The notes beneath the pieces are model-generated. The model had not been told where the DNA came from. It saw nothing but the letters and a program-made list of their open reading frames with translations, and made no database searches. From the NCBI RefSeq assembly GCF_018977255.1, contig NW_024704743.1:51338001-51402000 (forward strand): a stretch of DNA of 64,000 bases, written 5' to 3'. Numbering within the stretch: the stretch's first letter is position 1; every line of letters starts with the position of its first letter. Shown piece by piece: positions 1-13,275 of the stretch. The stretch comes from Callorhinchus milii. Taxonomy: Eukaryota. Position numbers and translations under genes: made by a program.

Positions 1-59
1 GAATACAAGAGTTATTTATTTACAAGGATTAATTTTCGACTTCACGGTTCTCAGCATCA

Positions 60-400
60 GATATAAATCCCTTCATACCTCAGTACTCCCCTATCCATGT
101 GATCTGCTTGTACCAAACTCTGCTGCATCCCCTCCCCTCAGCTAAAACAGGCTCCCTGCCTCCTCCACATCAGCGTCAGTGGCTAAGACTTCATTACTCC
201 TCTCACCTCTGGAACTCCCTGTCTCTATCCTCCCACCCCTTCCCCCCGGTCTATCTACCTTCAAATCCCACCATAAAACCTACTTCTTCTACCGTCCCTA
301 TGGTCCCCTTCCCTTTTTATCTCTGCTCAATGTCCAACCCTACCTCTGCGAAGTGCTCAGTGACATTATCCTACATGAATGGCGCTATGTAAATGCAAGT
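60..400 (+). mobile_element. Degenerate L2 LINE 3' end
   Basis: C-rich sequence with L2 ORF2 C-terminal remnants (LWNSL; STFKSHHKTYFF) ending in the L2-type tail ggcgctatgtaaatgcaag. Confidence 0.75.
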
Positions 401-511
401 TCGCCTACAAATATATACAGTCAATTCACTTTACTATATTCTGTGAAGCCCTTTGAGACGTCTAGAAGACGTGAAAAACGCTATATCAAATGCAAGAATT
501 ATTATTATTAT
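401..511 (+). mobile_element. SINE 3' tail fragment
   Basis: caaatatatacagtcaattcacttt...gacgtctagaagacgtgaaaa...tcaaatgcaag followed by (att)n, matching the full SINE copies in the window. Confidence 0.85.
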
Positions 512-1169
512 GAGTTGTTTTTGTTTATATAACTCATATTGCAATAGTGGGCGCAAAAAGTGAAAACGTGTTTTGTTCCTAGCTTTGGCATCCTGATGAG
601 CAAAATAATTTAGCAGTATTTATTCAAAAATATGAGACGAAAACTGCTCTACCACGTGATTTGAGTAAGAATTTTTTTTGTCACAAGTTGTTGCATCCAT
701 ACCCTGTAATAGGCCCAAAATGTTACTTCTAATTCAAAAGCATCACTTATCAATGACATATTTTACAAAGTGTCTATTTATGGTATTACAAAACTGTCAC
801 ATTATTGGGTATTCACCAGTGTGAGCACTGACACTCTCCATGTTTCTTGAGATACAAGCTTTTTTTTTGCTCACACACTGGTGAATTCAGTCACAGCTAA
901 GCTGCTGTGGGGAGATACTGGGAAGATGCCAAACAGAGAAGCCGTGTCTTCTCCAGGGAGGAGTAAACAATCATAGTAGGAATTGTCCCTAGGCTGCTTT
1001 CACACTCAGTTTAGTGTCTGGCTCATGCCAGCATTGTCTTAGCCCTGAACATAGACCACCTACCCACCAGAGGAAAAAATAAGGACATTTCATGCCGTTG
1101 TAAATAAAACACACGTACACTTTTCCCCCATGTATGTGACATGACAAGTGCAAAGACTTTTGAAATTCG

Positions 1170-1530
1170 TAATAATCCTTAAAATAATCTTTGCATATGA
1201 TATAGCACCTTATCACACCTTCAAGAATATACTGTAAAGTATACACTGTAAAGTGAATTGACTGTATATTTTTTGGATGAAACATGACAGCAGTGTCCCG
1301 CAAACAGTGATGGACTGAATGACCAATTATTATTTTAAAAATGTTTTAAGGGATTATTACCCCTAGAAAGCGATCCACCAATCGACTAATAACTGGGTTT
1401 TTACTTACCGATAGGTAAACCAAGGCATATAGATTAAGCAGACTTCTCTAACATTTTAACCTGCCCAGGAATCGCCAGGTCCTCATGCTTGTGAGGCGAG
1501 TGCTCTCACCACTATGCTACAGGACTCTAC
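1170..1530 (-). mobile_element. tRNA-derived SINE, long variant
   Basis: Minus-strand head gtagagtcctgtagcatagtgg, internal gcgatccaccaatcgactaa segment (+ strand reading) and shared tail. Confidence 0.85.
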
Positions 1531-4030
1531 GATTAGTGTGTAATTGTGGTTAACATTGCTGACAGGGTTTCTAGTCTTGACATAAGTAGACACTTAGATA
1601 AGATACAGATCATATAAAATTAAATCCAATCTGATTAGAATGGTTTAGGTTGTAACATATACTTGGGATTATGATGATCTTATTAACCATTCTAGTCTAT
1701 GAGATCTGCAGAGCCTTTTCACGTTGTTACCGTCTTATTATAGTCTTGCTCATCAGAAACTCAGTAAACATACTTTTTTGGGAGGAAATAAACAGTTTTG
1801 GCATTCTGATGTCAGAAAATGAACTATCTGAAACCAACAATTTTCATGCTCTGATGCCATTTAGCAATTGTGCTTATGTACAGATGCTGAAACTGTCTGC
1901 TCACCTTAGTTTTAGAATAATCAGTTGATATTACATTTCAGTAAAACCATCACTTTTCAGCAAAATGCGTACGCTGCAATATAGTCTTTTTAAATAACAG
2001 ACGGTCAGGAATAGATTACAGAATCATATGTACTGCCTCATTGGTTTTGACATGTAAACCACATGTACATATACCATCCCCAAACCAACACAAAACAATG
2101 TTTACCTTGTCCTTTTACGAACAGAGCTTAACTAAGTCAAACAATTTACAAGCAAACTGCAGCATATGCTTTGCATCTATTTATATCTGTGGTTCAATGG
2201 AAGAATTAATAATTTGCATGAATCAAGTTCATAGTGAGTTACTAATAAACAAAACACACATGAGGCACTTTCCAAAAACAGGGCTTTTTGTTGCTTTTTA
2301 AAAGCAGCTAAGGTGGCGAGAACAGCTGAAAAGGTTCCAATTATTCAGTTCACAAATAATCTAAACAAATTCAGAAGTTCTGTGTAAAATTTACTGAACT
2401 GATTTAAAATCAAACCAATTTGACATGAAACCATCTGAATGAGCCAAGGTGTCTTTGTTGTCTGTGTACATTGTGTCTCCTGGAGAAATAAACAGCTATT
2501 CTATTTAAAACCTTTAGCCAGCTCCTCCTCTGCTTGTCTCACTGTGTCCTGTTAAACAAGAGGTGTTATGACCCATAATTGGGGCCAGATTCACAGCAGG
2601 TTTTGTGGTGCTTTCTGCCAGGGTGTCCACTCTGTCTCCATCTGCTGCTGTCTTGTGCACTTCCCACAGGGGGAAACGGCTCATTCTGCAGTCAATTAGC
2701 AGAAGACCTGCCATTGTTCACCAACTGCCCCCATGGGCTGCTCTCCAGTCTGTCTCATGTGCTGGACACTGCATTCAGATAAAAGGAGATTTTAAAAAGC
2801 ATATCATGTTTGATCCATCCTGACTTTGTGGACAAACCCTGTCTGCTCTGATTATAGGTGCGGTAATAGAAACCTATTAACTTTTTTTTAAATTTAGAAC
2901 TGAGAAACAGCAAATTTTAAGTAGCCTTTTCCAATTTCACTCTCTGATCTCATTTTATTCAATTTCTTCTGTTATTAGTTTAAACATTCTTGATGCGTTG
3001 CTTTACTACTATCTTGTCTTTTGTGGCTTTGTTGTCACGTATCATTGCCTGCTTGAGGAGGCAACTCGCAAGCGAGGTGCAAACCTTTTCCAATGATGGG
3101 AGAAAGCCTACAAGATTGTCCATGCAATGGTGCCTTGAGTTTTCCCTCTCTCGTGAGAATGAGTCAGCCCTCCGCTTAGTGAGTCTCATTTTTAGCCTAC
3201 ACGCAATGAGGACACTGCTGTTTGGGGAATCACAAGCACAGGCCCGTGCTTTGCTATTGATTCTGTGATACAGTTTTTGAGATAGAACATATGATGTACA
3301 GCTAGAATGCAGGTTCTAAATTACTTTAAGAATATGAAATGTAACACCTTTTCACTTCTCTTCTCCCTTCCTACCCTGAAGCCTTGAATACTACTGCAGT
3401 ACGGTTGTACAGTGCAAGTTCTCCAAATGTGCCTCAGCCATAAGACCATTCTTCATTTAGATCAGGATACCCACTAATATGATTTACTTTTTCCTGAAAT
3501 TACTATTGTGGGGGGTAAAATTGCAGTGTTCTGAAACATATTCCATTCTTTGTTTAAGGAATATTGTTAAAATGTGTTTTGAAGTACTCTGTACTTGAAT
3601 AATTAGAGAGAAGCAGGCTGATAAGCTCTGGGCACTTAATGTGGATTATCTTTTAGCTCCACAAGAGGCCTTTCTGAATTTATGATATGGATCTAAGTCA
3701 ATCTGAGGTTAGGGAAGTAAGCCACCAATAAGTCCAGAAAAGCCAATTTCCACACTCATAAAAAGAGTTTGGAGGCTTGAATATCACTATTTGACCCTTA
3801 ATGTTATTCTGTTGCTATTTGATTGAGGGCCACAATTGGAGCCAATGGATTATAATAAAGATACATTGTAGTTAGCCTATTTGTGACTGTTTGAGCAGCT
3901 AATTCTTGGGAAACCATTTGTGCATGTTATTTTGTCACCAACAGGGAATTCGGTTTTAAATGAAAACATGATTTCAATTAACAGCCCATTGACCCCTACA
4001 AATTAGGAGCATTGAATCCACCCACATAAC

Positions 4031-4203
4031 AATGGGGTGAAAACTGTGGCTTGTGATGTATGAGTTATCACTGGTGATATTTACTGGTAACAACTAACAC
4101 ATCACAAGTTGCAATTTTCAACAACAAATTACATTTGTATAGCGCATTTCATGTCGGGAGGACGTCCCAAGGTGCTTCAGCATTTAGGAATTTTCACCCC
4201 ATT
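4031..4203. mobile_element. Palindromic MITE-like element interrupted by an L2 tail
   Basis: Arms aatggggtgaaaa / ttttcaccccatt; inserted L2 tail 4121-4188 is flanked by the direct repeat aattttca. Confidence 0.75.
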
Positions 4204-4427
4204 ATTTAAGTGATAAGTCCTGGAAGACATTCATAGGAGCTTGAACTCATGATGGAAAAGTCACTGGGGTGCTAAATCAATTATATAACATGCGCGTGAG
4301 AGGCTCGTATTATCTAGGGTGAAATATAGCCCCACTTTAGGTTAGGGTGAGCATACAATCCACACCTTTTGTATTTAACAGTAATTAACATGTCATAAAT
4401 TTATCTTATTAACATAATATTAACCTT

Positions 4428-4640
4428 AGAACCATAGAAATTTACATTACAGGAGAAAGCCATTCAACCCATGGTCTATTGCAAGAACAATTCTTTCAGC
4501 CCCATTTACCCCTCCTTTCAGCATACCACACCCCTTGTAGTTTGCTCCATTTTAGATATTAATCAAGTTTTGCTTTGAAAACTAAAATAGATTCTGGCTC
4601 AATCATCGCTCCTGGCAGAGAATTCCATATCCTAACAACA
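4428..4640 (-). mobile_element. CR1 LINE 3' end, degenerate
   Basis: catagaaatttacattacaggagaaagccattcaaccc matches the CR1 tail at 61860. Confidence 0.65.
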
Positions 4641-5954
4641 TCATATAATATAACATGATATTGTATACCATATTTCTAGTATGATTTAAATGTTTAATGT
4701 TTTAGATATCTGTACAAATACCATGCTCCACATACGTATGGTAATCTTAAAGTATGTTGTAGCCATCAGTAGTACCATAGGGCTGCTGATCATTACATTT
4801 TCTTTGCTTAGATTTCTATACATGATCATATTTCTGTTCACTGGTAAGTTACTGCAAGTTGAAAATAAATTGACTGAAGTGTAGAGCAAAGTTGCTTGAC
4901 CTCCTGGTAGCCAATGGTACTTTCTCTGGGAAGTCCTGCACTGACCAAAGCTCCACCCACTCAGTTGTGTGAGTAATAGGGAAATATTGAATATTATATT
5001 TTTGTTAGGGAAACATATTGCACCTGTTTTGGACTGTAAGGACTGCTTTGGTATTGGTCTGCTATGAGCCTTCAGCTGTCACTAGTTTAGGAGAGAGATG
5101 ATCTTACAAGTCATTTCAATTGTCTAGCATTACACTTGTATCACTAGCACCAGCATATGGAGCCATGTATACCCCTAGGCTTAGCTCCCTGTCTTTCAAG
5201 AAAATCAGAATGATAGCTTTTGGCACAGCTAGTTTTGACAGAAAGTGAACTCCTTTCCATATTTATGCAAAATATGGTCACCGGAGACTTGACATTGAGC
5301 AGTGAATTATCATCGTTTTCCTTTATAATGGCGGTGGCCTTTGCTCATCTTAATGGCTTTGTGTGTAGAAAAAAATGACTTGTGAGTGAGCCTCGACTAT
5401 ATTATTCAAGATTCTTTTCATATTTTTTCAGCAGTTATCTTTTGAAGAGGACACTTGCCCATCAATTACTGAATACATTGCACGTTTCAAAAATGAAAAC
5501 GTACTGCCTGGCCAATGTGCTCCTATGCAAATTAGAGGTTAGCTATATCCAGTTCTATAGCACAGTAGTATTCTTTCTGGAGAAGGCAAAATGATATTGA
5601 ATTACTATATGAAGCATTATTACCTAATTGCAAATTATTTCCAATTATTTAATGACAAATTTAACAATGTTTACAACCATAATCAGCCAGTTACTGTAGA
5701 TAGTAATTTTGATGGCACCTTTCTTTGTGTAGGTGTTTGAGGCTTAAGTAACAAATAAAGATAATGAATGAGGAACAATGTAAAGCTTTTTTAAAAAAAA
5801 CTTATGACAATCTCAATAATTTATAAATGTCAACCAAATTAACAGGACTTAGCAATTCATTAAAACAAATGGGTATTACAAGGCTCCCTGTTGTGCATTC
5901 TGTTTAAACAAGAGTGGTGACACTAATTTAGTTTACTTTGTTTTCTTATTCTGA

Positions 5955-6232
5955 GGCAAGCGAGACACCTGGGTTCAATTCCAGGCAGGGCAAAATCTTG
6001 GGCAAGTTTCCTTACTCCACACACCTAATAATAATCCCTCTAAAACAAAACAATAATAAATTGGTCATTTTCAATCCACGACTGTTTGAGGGACACTGCT
6101 GTGCGCAATTGGCTGCTGCGTTTCGCCCACAAATATACGGTCAATTCACTTTACAGTCTATTCTGTGAAGCGCTTTGAGACCTCGAGAAGACGTGAGGAG
6201 CGCGATATCAAATGCAAGGATTATTATTATTA
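5955..6232 (+). mobile_element. tRNA-derived SINE, short variant, 5' truncated
   Basis: B box gggttcaattcc, body and (att)n tail. Confidence 0.9.
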
Positions 6233-8469
6233 TTTGTTTCATTGATTATTACAAGCACTGAGGATGTGCTATGTTATACTCCTATTATGTCATGTGAGCT
6301 GAGCTGTGATTTGCACCTCTCTCCACATGTGACTGACTACCATCTTGAAACTCACAAATGAGCATTAAATACTAAAGTCATGGGGCACCAAGTATCACTA
6401 CTTGCTTGAGTGAACTGTGTGAGTATTTACAATCACAGCTCCTTAAAAATAAATTAAACTGTTGACAAATTTTCCATGTGGAAAAATGCCTCCATTGTCA
6501 CTTCAGCTCCATTCAACAGGCCATTTGCGAAAGTGCTGTCATAAAGCACTAGAGTATGATTGAGTTCTGACAATAATCAAAGAGGAAGAAACTCGTCCAA
6601 TCTTAATGGTTTTACCCCATGGGTTAAACTGTGTGTTAACTGGAATGTGACAACATCAGTTGTCTAAAAGCAGATTCCATTGTTTTTTTTTAGGTGGAAT
6701 AACTGGAATTTACAATGCTGTTATGAACCGGTTCTGAGGCAATGACAAATATTGGAGCGCCCTGGGAGAGCTTTATCAAGCACGTGATGGAAGCTAAGAA
6801 TAAAGAAGCCACACAAGGAAGAATGTCACAGTGACAAAAACCTGGGGAGCAATGGAGGAACCCATGATCCCGCTTTTATCTTCTCTTCAAATAAATTCAT
6901 CCAAGAGAAAGGGGAGCATGTTCAAAATACGAAGGAGAAAGATAAAGAGGTAAGCAGAAGGTGATGTTATTGTTTAATAGAGACATAATAAGAGACAGAT
7001 AGGCAACAAGTTCTGTAATAACATTCAAAACCTTAAGGGTAGGAAACTTTTGAATTCACATTTTTTTATAATTTAAAAGTCTTGTTTATTAAGTTTAAAT
7101 GTTTGTTGGAATTGGCTGCACTATAAGTGGATTTTTACTGCCTCTGATGGCATTCATTCAATTGTGAAATCATCTCCAGGAGGTGGTCTCATGAGTAGAG
7201 CTGAAAATCAAGTGATGCCCCTGAAGCTGGATTTCTACTATACTTCAGGCATTCAATGTGAAAATTGCACTGAATCAATGCTAAAATTGCAGCATAATTG
7301 GGGCATTTGTTTCTATTTGCTTGACTTCCGCAGCTCACACTTTAAAACCTATGCTATAGAACAATTTAAGTGATTGCAACCTAGAAATTTACCTGCTATT
7401 GAGTCTGGAATGTTTACTGCAATCAAATAAAATATATGCTAGTTTTGATAATATTCCGGTCACTAAAAATCCGAATGGAAAGATCACCTTTGTTTAAATG
7501 CCTACATTGTTCCATTATACCTTTGCTCCAAGTAAAATCTCAAAACAGCTGTTTGCCACTTGGTTCTGCTACAGCAGGGAGAGAGGAACAAACATGCAGA
7601 ACTTGTGATTCTCTAGTATCAGTGTCCCCTGGAGGGAAATTCAAAGTTTTATCTGAATGTAGTCTGTATCCGAACTTAATTAGTTCGCCATTTCCTTTCC
7701 TGAGACCCATTCTCCTGCAACTTCTTGACAGCAACTCAATCACCATGATTGACATGATATTGACGGCAGTCAACACATAAAAAAAATCTTCTTAATTAGG
7801 AGTCGAATGCTCCTGGTTTCTCACAGAGGTCCGGGTTCCTGCTTAAAAACTCAGCATCCTGACAAAGTGGCTTGTGCTGTTTAGCAGAAACTGGACGAAA
7901 TTTACAAGGAGTACTCTTCACTAATTGGCTTTTTAGGAAATCCAATTCAAGTCTTGCCAGTATGAAAGTGATTAGCTTCCTTTTAGTTTCATTGTTTCCT
8001 CTTTACCGTGTTTGTTCTTTCTCATACGTATGCTGTTTCATGCTCTGGCAACCCTGTCGGTAGGTCTTTAGTTATAGATTTCCTCATAGGAGATTTTTCA
8101 ATGCTTTCTTTTACGAACATGAGCATAAATTTGACATGTTTGTCTTTGGAAATTGAGTGATATGACTATAGTTAATGTATTCTGAATGTCTGATAGGCTC
8201 CAGTCATTGGAATTAAGGCCAAGTATGTGTGAACTGTGATGATGGCTTGAGGAACAATATTGCATTGATGTAATTTCATAATTCTTAGAAATCCAACTAA
8301 AAAGATAATGGAAAATAAACTGATTTACAATATTGAACACAATAATAGACTGAATACTGGAAGTTGGTTACTTGGACCTTCAAAATTGTATTTTGTTTTA
8401 ATGAATAAAACAGACTGCATTTTAGAAATGATAAATAAGATTCACAATGTTATAATGCACACTTTTGAG

Positions 8470-8985
8470 GATCACAATATTGGTTTCGATGAAGAACGGC
8501 CTTTGGCCCACCTGATCTCATCATTCAAGAACATCCACCCTAGGATTTTTCCATCAAAGCATCAAATTATTTTTTAAATGAGTCCAGTGTCTTATCCTCA
8601 AGCACCCATCCTGGTAACCTGTTAGTTATCCTCTGAGTAAATAAATACTTCCTGTATTGCCTTTTGCAACCCTATACTTGTTTCCTCTTGTTCTGGTGTC
8701 TCAGTGCATCTAAAAGTATTTTTTGGAGTTTACTTTCTAAATCCCTTTAAAAATCTTATATCTCTAGTATATTAGGTCTTCTCTGATGCATCTCATTTCA
8801 ATTGTGAAGGTCTAATTGTTGCTCTATGAAGGTCTATGTGGTCTAATTGCTGCTCATCTTTCTAACACTGGAGATCATCCTTGCTGCTTTCGTCTGTATT
8901 GCCTCTAGAACTTCGGGAACCCCCTTATATCATGGCAACCAGAAGTTTGCAAAATAATCTAGGTGTGGCCTGACCAGAGCACTAT
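8470..8985 (-). mobile_element. Old CR1 LINE 3' fragment
   Basis: ggcctttggcccac ... aggtgtggcctgaccagagc resembles the CR1 3' region at 61880-62420. Confidence 0.6.
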
Positions 8986-9175
8986 TACCTACATCTGCCT
9001 AATGACAATTTGGATTTTTTAATTGACTGAATTTTCAATGTGTCTGAGAAATGAAAACGTGTAAATGTGCATGGCAAATTGTGCAGATGATCGAAATACT
9101 GAAGGCACTGATTGATAAGAATACTTATTATTACTGAGATTATTGGATTAAAAATAGGAATGTAACAAAATGTTT

Positions 9176-9618
9176 GTCAGACTGGCGCAGTGGTAGCACT
9201 CTCACCTCCGAATCAGAAGGTTGTGGGCTCAAGCCCCATGTCAGGACTTGGTATCGCATAGTCTAAGCTGTCTGACACTCCAATACTGGGTGCTGGGGGT
9301 GTGTTGCATTGTTGCAGGAACCAGCCTGCGGATGAAATGTTAAACCAAGGACCCATCTGTCTGTTCAAGTAGATGTTAAAGAACCCATGGCACAATTCAA
9401 AAAGAGAACAGAGTTTCTCCTTGTTCTGGCCAAATAAAATTGGTCAACACTCCATGGGTGTTTGTGAAAACTTGTTGTGCACAAAACTGGCTGCCGTGTT
9501 CGCCCACAAATACACAGTCAATCCACTTTAAGGTACATTTTGTGAATCGCTTTGAGATGTCGTGATGATGGGACAAGGCGCTATACCAAATGCAAGGATT
9601 ATTATTAATAATAATAAT
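9176..9618 (+). mobile_element. Deu-domain SINE (SacSINE1-like), near full length
   Basis: tRNA-like head tggcgcagtggtagcactctcacctc, Deu-like core ggatgaaatgttaaacc...cccatggcac, L2-like tail. Confidence 0.85.
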
Positions 9619-10910
9619 TAACAAAAAATGCTTTTAGAAAAGGCTGACAGTAAGTCAAGAATGATAATAAAACAAAGGGGAATAATAGGATGCACTGCAT
9701 TTTCTCATTTTCCCATAAAATCCCATAAGGAATGTTTTTATTTAATTCCTAGAGAATTTCAAATCTACTGAACCTGCATGCATTCATTATGCTTTTTCTA
9801 GAAGAGGAAACAGGGTCATTTATAGAATGTAATTTTCTCTTCCCTGAACATAAATCAATTCATTCATATCCTTCTCAACAGGCAAACAATGCTGCTTCCT
9901 CTTGTTTCAATGTCTGTGTTCCAATTTTCAATCAGTTATCATATGTTATTTCATGACAAGAATGTGATAATGTTTGGAACATTTTCAGTACTTTGACCAA
10001 TCGCATATGTATTTTATAGTCATAACATATTTAACATGGATTTTATGAGACTAATGGTGGTGCATTTCAGGAAACAAGGCAAAGCTTGAGCTCCGACTAG
10101 AACACATTGTTCAACTGATAACTGGGTTAAAGGTTCATATTCCATCCATGACAGGTAATTTGACTTCTACAACTAGGTGATTGTTTTGGGTCAGACCTGG
10201 TAAGAGGTAACAGATTTGAGTGAGAATGAGGTGAACATGGAAGGAGTTCTGCAAAAAACTACAGGACCTCAAAAAATCACTTAATGTGCAATAACCATTT
10301 TATGTTAAATCTTATAATGGTTGACTATAACATCATAACGATAAATATGAAGACTAGTCAGACAATTTGCTGAAGCATTGGGTTGTAGTGGAGTTGTCAT
10401 TGTAGCATTGGAGAATCAATTGAGTAGACCTGCCATGTAAAACTAAGGTCTTGTCAGCCCTTAGCAAAACAAACATTGATGCATACTATCTGAAGGCTCA
10501 TAACCAGCCTATATAATTTTTCTGTCTCAGGGAGAAAGTGTAGTATGGGGAAACAGTTACCAGCAAGTACAGAGCTGGAAATATGAATATCTCATTTCAA
10601 AACAATTAAGAAAATGGATATCTATAATTGTTACCGGTTCTATTGTACTGGCTTATTATTGGTCAGGCGTGGACACAGACTCTGAGCTTCTCCATATAAT
10701 ATTTGTATGATTAATATAGATCAAAACTGTGCAAAGTTTCATTTGGATTGGGTTTTGACTTGGATGATTTACATCAAAACTCAAAATGCCGCCCAAAACA
10801 AATAGAAGTGACAGTGCCTTTCAAGACATTGACTGAACAGTAGTTGGAATACTGAGAACCACTTTTGTCAACCCTTTACAGAAAAGATTTTAAAGCTATG
10901 GAAAGGGTAT

Positions 10911-12290
10911 TACAACAACAAAAACAAAATTACCTTTGCAAAGCACCTTTCACATCAGGAGGACGTCCCAAGGCACTGAACAATCGGGGATCAGGACCCG
11001 AGCGTGGGGGGGCAGATTTGGGATGAGTCAGGGCAGAGAGGTAGGACGGTGACTGAAAGCACAGTCAAAAAGGAGGGTTTGAGTCATGCCTTGAAGGAGG
11101 TAAGGGAGGGAGCAAGGCAAAAGGATTGTGGGATGGAGTTCCAAAGGGTGGGGGCAGAGAAGCTGAAAGCCCAGCCGCCAATGGTAGGGCAGGAGTGGGT
11201 TGGGCGGGAGACATGGAACAGGCCAGAGCCTGCTGAATGGAGGGAATGGACAAGTTGATAGGGGGTTAGCAGGTCAGAGATGTAGGAGTGGTTAAGGCCG
11301 TGGAGGACCTTGTAAGTGAGGAAGAGCATTTTGAATTCTAACCTCTGAGGGATGGGGAGCCATTGGATCCGGGAGAGGGTGGGGGTAATGGGATCACAGA
11401 GCCTGATACCGGAGAGAACACAAGCTGCAGAGTTCGGGTTGATCTGCAGTTTGTGGTGGGAAGAGTTAGGGAGGTAGACAAGGAGGGAGTTTCCATAGTC
11501 AAACCTTGAGGTGACGATTGCATGCATGAGGGTTTCGGCAACCTGAGGGGTAAGGCAATGGCGGAGTCGGGCAATGTTGCATGGTTGGGGAAAGGCAGAG
11601 CCGGTCGTGGCACGGATGTGGGGGAGAAAGGATAGTTGAGGGTCGAAAAAGATGCCTAGGTTCCTGACTGGCTTGGTGAGGTGGAGTGTGTCACCTAGAC
11701 CAGAGCAGTTTCCGTGCTGTGAGCAGTATGGAAACCTAAATGGAAGGGCTCGTGAAGGGAGTGGTAGGAGAAGAAGGAGCGAAGCTGGGAAGCAACAATT
11801 CTTTCAAGGACCTTGGAAAGAAAAGGGCGATTAGAGATAGTGCAGTAGTTAGAAAGCAGGAGGTGTCCAGAAAGCTTTTTCAGGATGGGTTTGATCATAG
11901 GTATTTTAGGAGAATGGGAATAGTGACAGATGATTGATGGTATCGGAGAGTAGAGGGTCAAGGAGGTGGAGCTGGAAGTTAAGGAGAGTGGTGGAGATGG
12001 GGTCAAGGAAGCAGATGATGTGTTTCATTCTGGATATGGTGGTGATGAGAGAGGAGGTGGAGACAGATTTGAAGATATGGAGGGAGGGATTGGTAGAGGT
12101 TGGAGTGAGGGTGGGAGATGGGGAAGGAGTGGCGGTTGGGAGGGTGGAGCCAACTGAATGGATCCCCTCGTTTTTGGACTCGAGAAAATCCAGCATCTCC
12201 TCACAGTCAAAGTTTGAGGAGAGAGTGGACGAGGCATGGGAGGGTGGATGGAGGAGACGGTTGGAGCAGGTCAATGATAATGCCAGGAGT
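10911..12290 (-). mobile_element. L2 LINE, 5' truncated, RT core deleted
   Basis: ORF pieces HAIVTSRFDYGNSLL and PFLSKVLERIVASQL...STETALV, (caa)n tail at the left end; the PQGSVLGP/YADD segment is missing at about 11695. Confidence 0.92.
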
Positions 12291-12348
12291 TATAGTTATG
12301 AGGATATGCTGAAAAATTTGATCTGTTTTTATTGGAACAGGGACAGTT

Positions 12349-12667
12349 ATAATAATAATAATCCTTGCATTTGATATAGCGCTTTTCACGTCGGGAGAAT
12401 GTCCCAAAGCGCTTCACAGAACACACTGTAAAGTGAATTGACTGTATATTTGTGGGCGAACGCGGCAGCGAATTGCGCACGGCAATGTCCCACAAACAGT
12501 CGTGGATTGAAAATAACCAATTTATTATTGTTTTGGTTTTGGAGGGATTATTATTAGGCTCTGTGTGGAGTAAGGAAATTTGCCCAAGGTTTCACCCTGT
12601 CTGGAATTGAACTCAGGTCTCTCGCTTGCAAAGCGAGTGCTCTAACCACTGAGCTACAGGACTCCAC
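12349..12667 (-). mobile_element. tRNA-Ala-headed SINE, short variant, full length
   Basis: A box tagctcagtgg, ttgcaa anticodon-like loop, B box gttcaattcc, CpGs retained. Confidence 0.93.
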
Positions 12668-13089
12668 GAGTTAAGAGGGTAATTAATAGAGAGCTTCAGT
12701 TAGCAAGGTCTCCTTGGTGTTGAACTGATTTTAAAATAACATGCTTGGCAACAGAATGTGGGAATCGAGTCGATCCTCTATGGCAGTCTCGGTAGTCCGG
12801 TTCCCGAGACAGGTGCGTCCGCAGTACTCCAGGGCACTGCTGAGCCTGGCTACTCAGTGGAATGTGGAGGGTCAGATCATTCACAGGGGTGGTGGGGGTG
12901 GGGGCATATATATTCTTCCCATTGAGCTTCTGTTAATCCTGCAAGTCAAAAGCCCAAACGGTAGGTTGGTGCTTCTGGCTCGACAAGCAGCAGGAACCTT
13001 GCCAGACAGAACTTTCAATGACAAGCTGTGGAATTTAACTGGTTAAGATGCAGCAGTACCCCAACACACACTCTCAGATCCCCAATCCT

Positions 13090-13275
13090 TGGTTTGTGCC
13101 ACTTGCATCTAATACTTTCTAGAATTAGGTAAGCAGGGTGGATCCCACCAGGGAGAGAGTGCGCATTCCATTCCAGCCACGGAAATTTCCATGTATAGGT
13201 GGGATGCATAGAACTCTGCGTGGTTTGGATAGTCTTAAGCATGGTGATGGGTTTCTGCATGTGTCAGTCACTCCT
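13090..13275 (+). repeat. Unclassified interspersed repeat
   Basis: gaaatttccatgtataggtgggatgcat...atgggtttctgcatgtgtcag recurs at about 28050, 50720 and weakly 46350. Confidence 0.7.

Noticed and set aside
590..650. Hammerhead candidate CTGATGAG...GAAA (similar at 17734 and 34157)
   Set aside because: No convincing stems I, II or III around the boxes
11934..12374. Antisense and alternative-frame ORFs over L2 copies (also 35388-35924 and most of 51060-51926)
   Set aside because: By-products of stop-poor, C/G-skewed L2 sequence
12595..12667. tRNA-Ala gene
   Set aside because: The tRNA-like head runs straight into the SINE body and tail in every copy and has no proper acceptor stem or terminator
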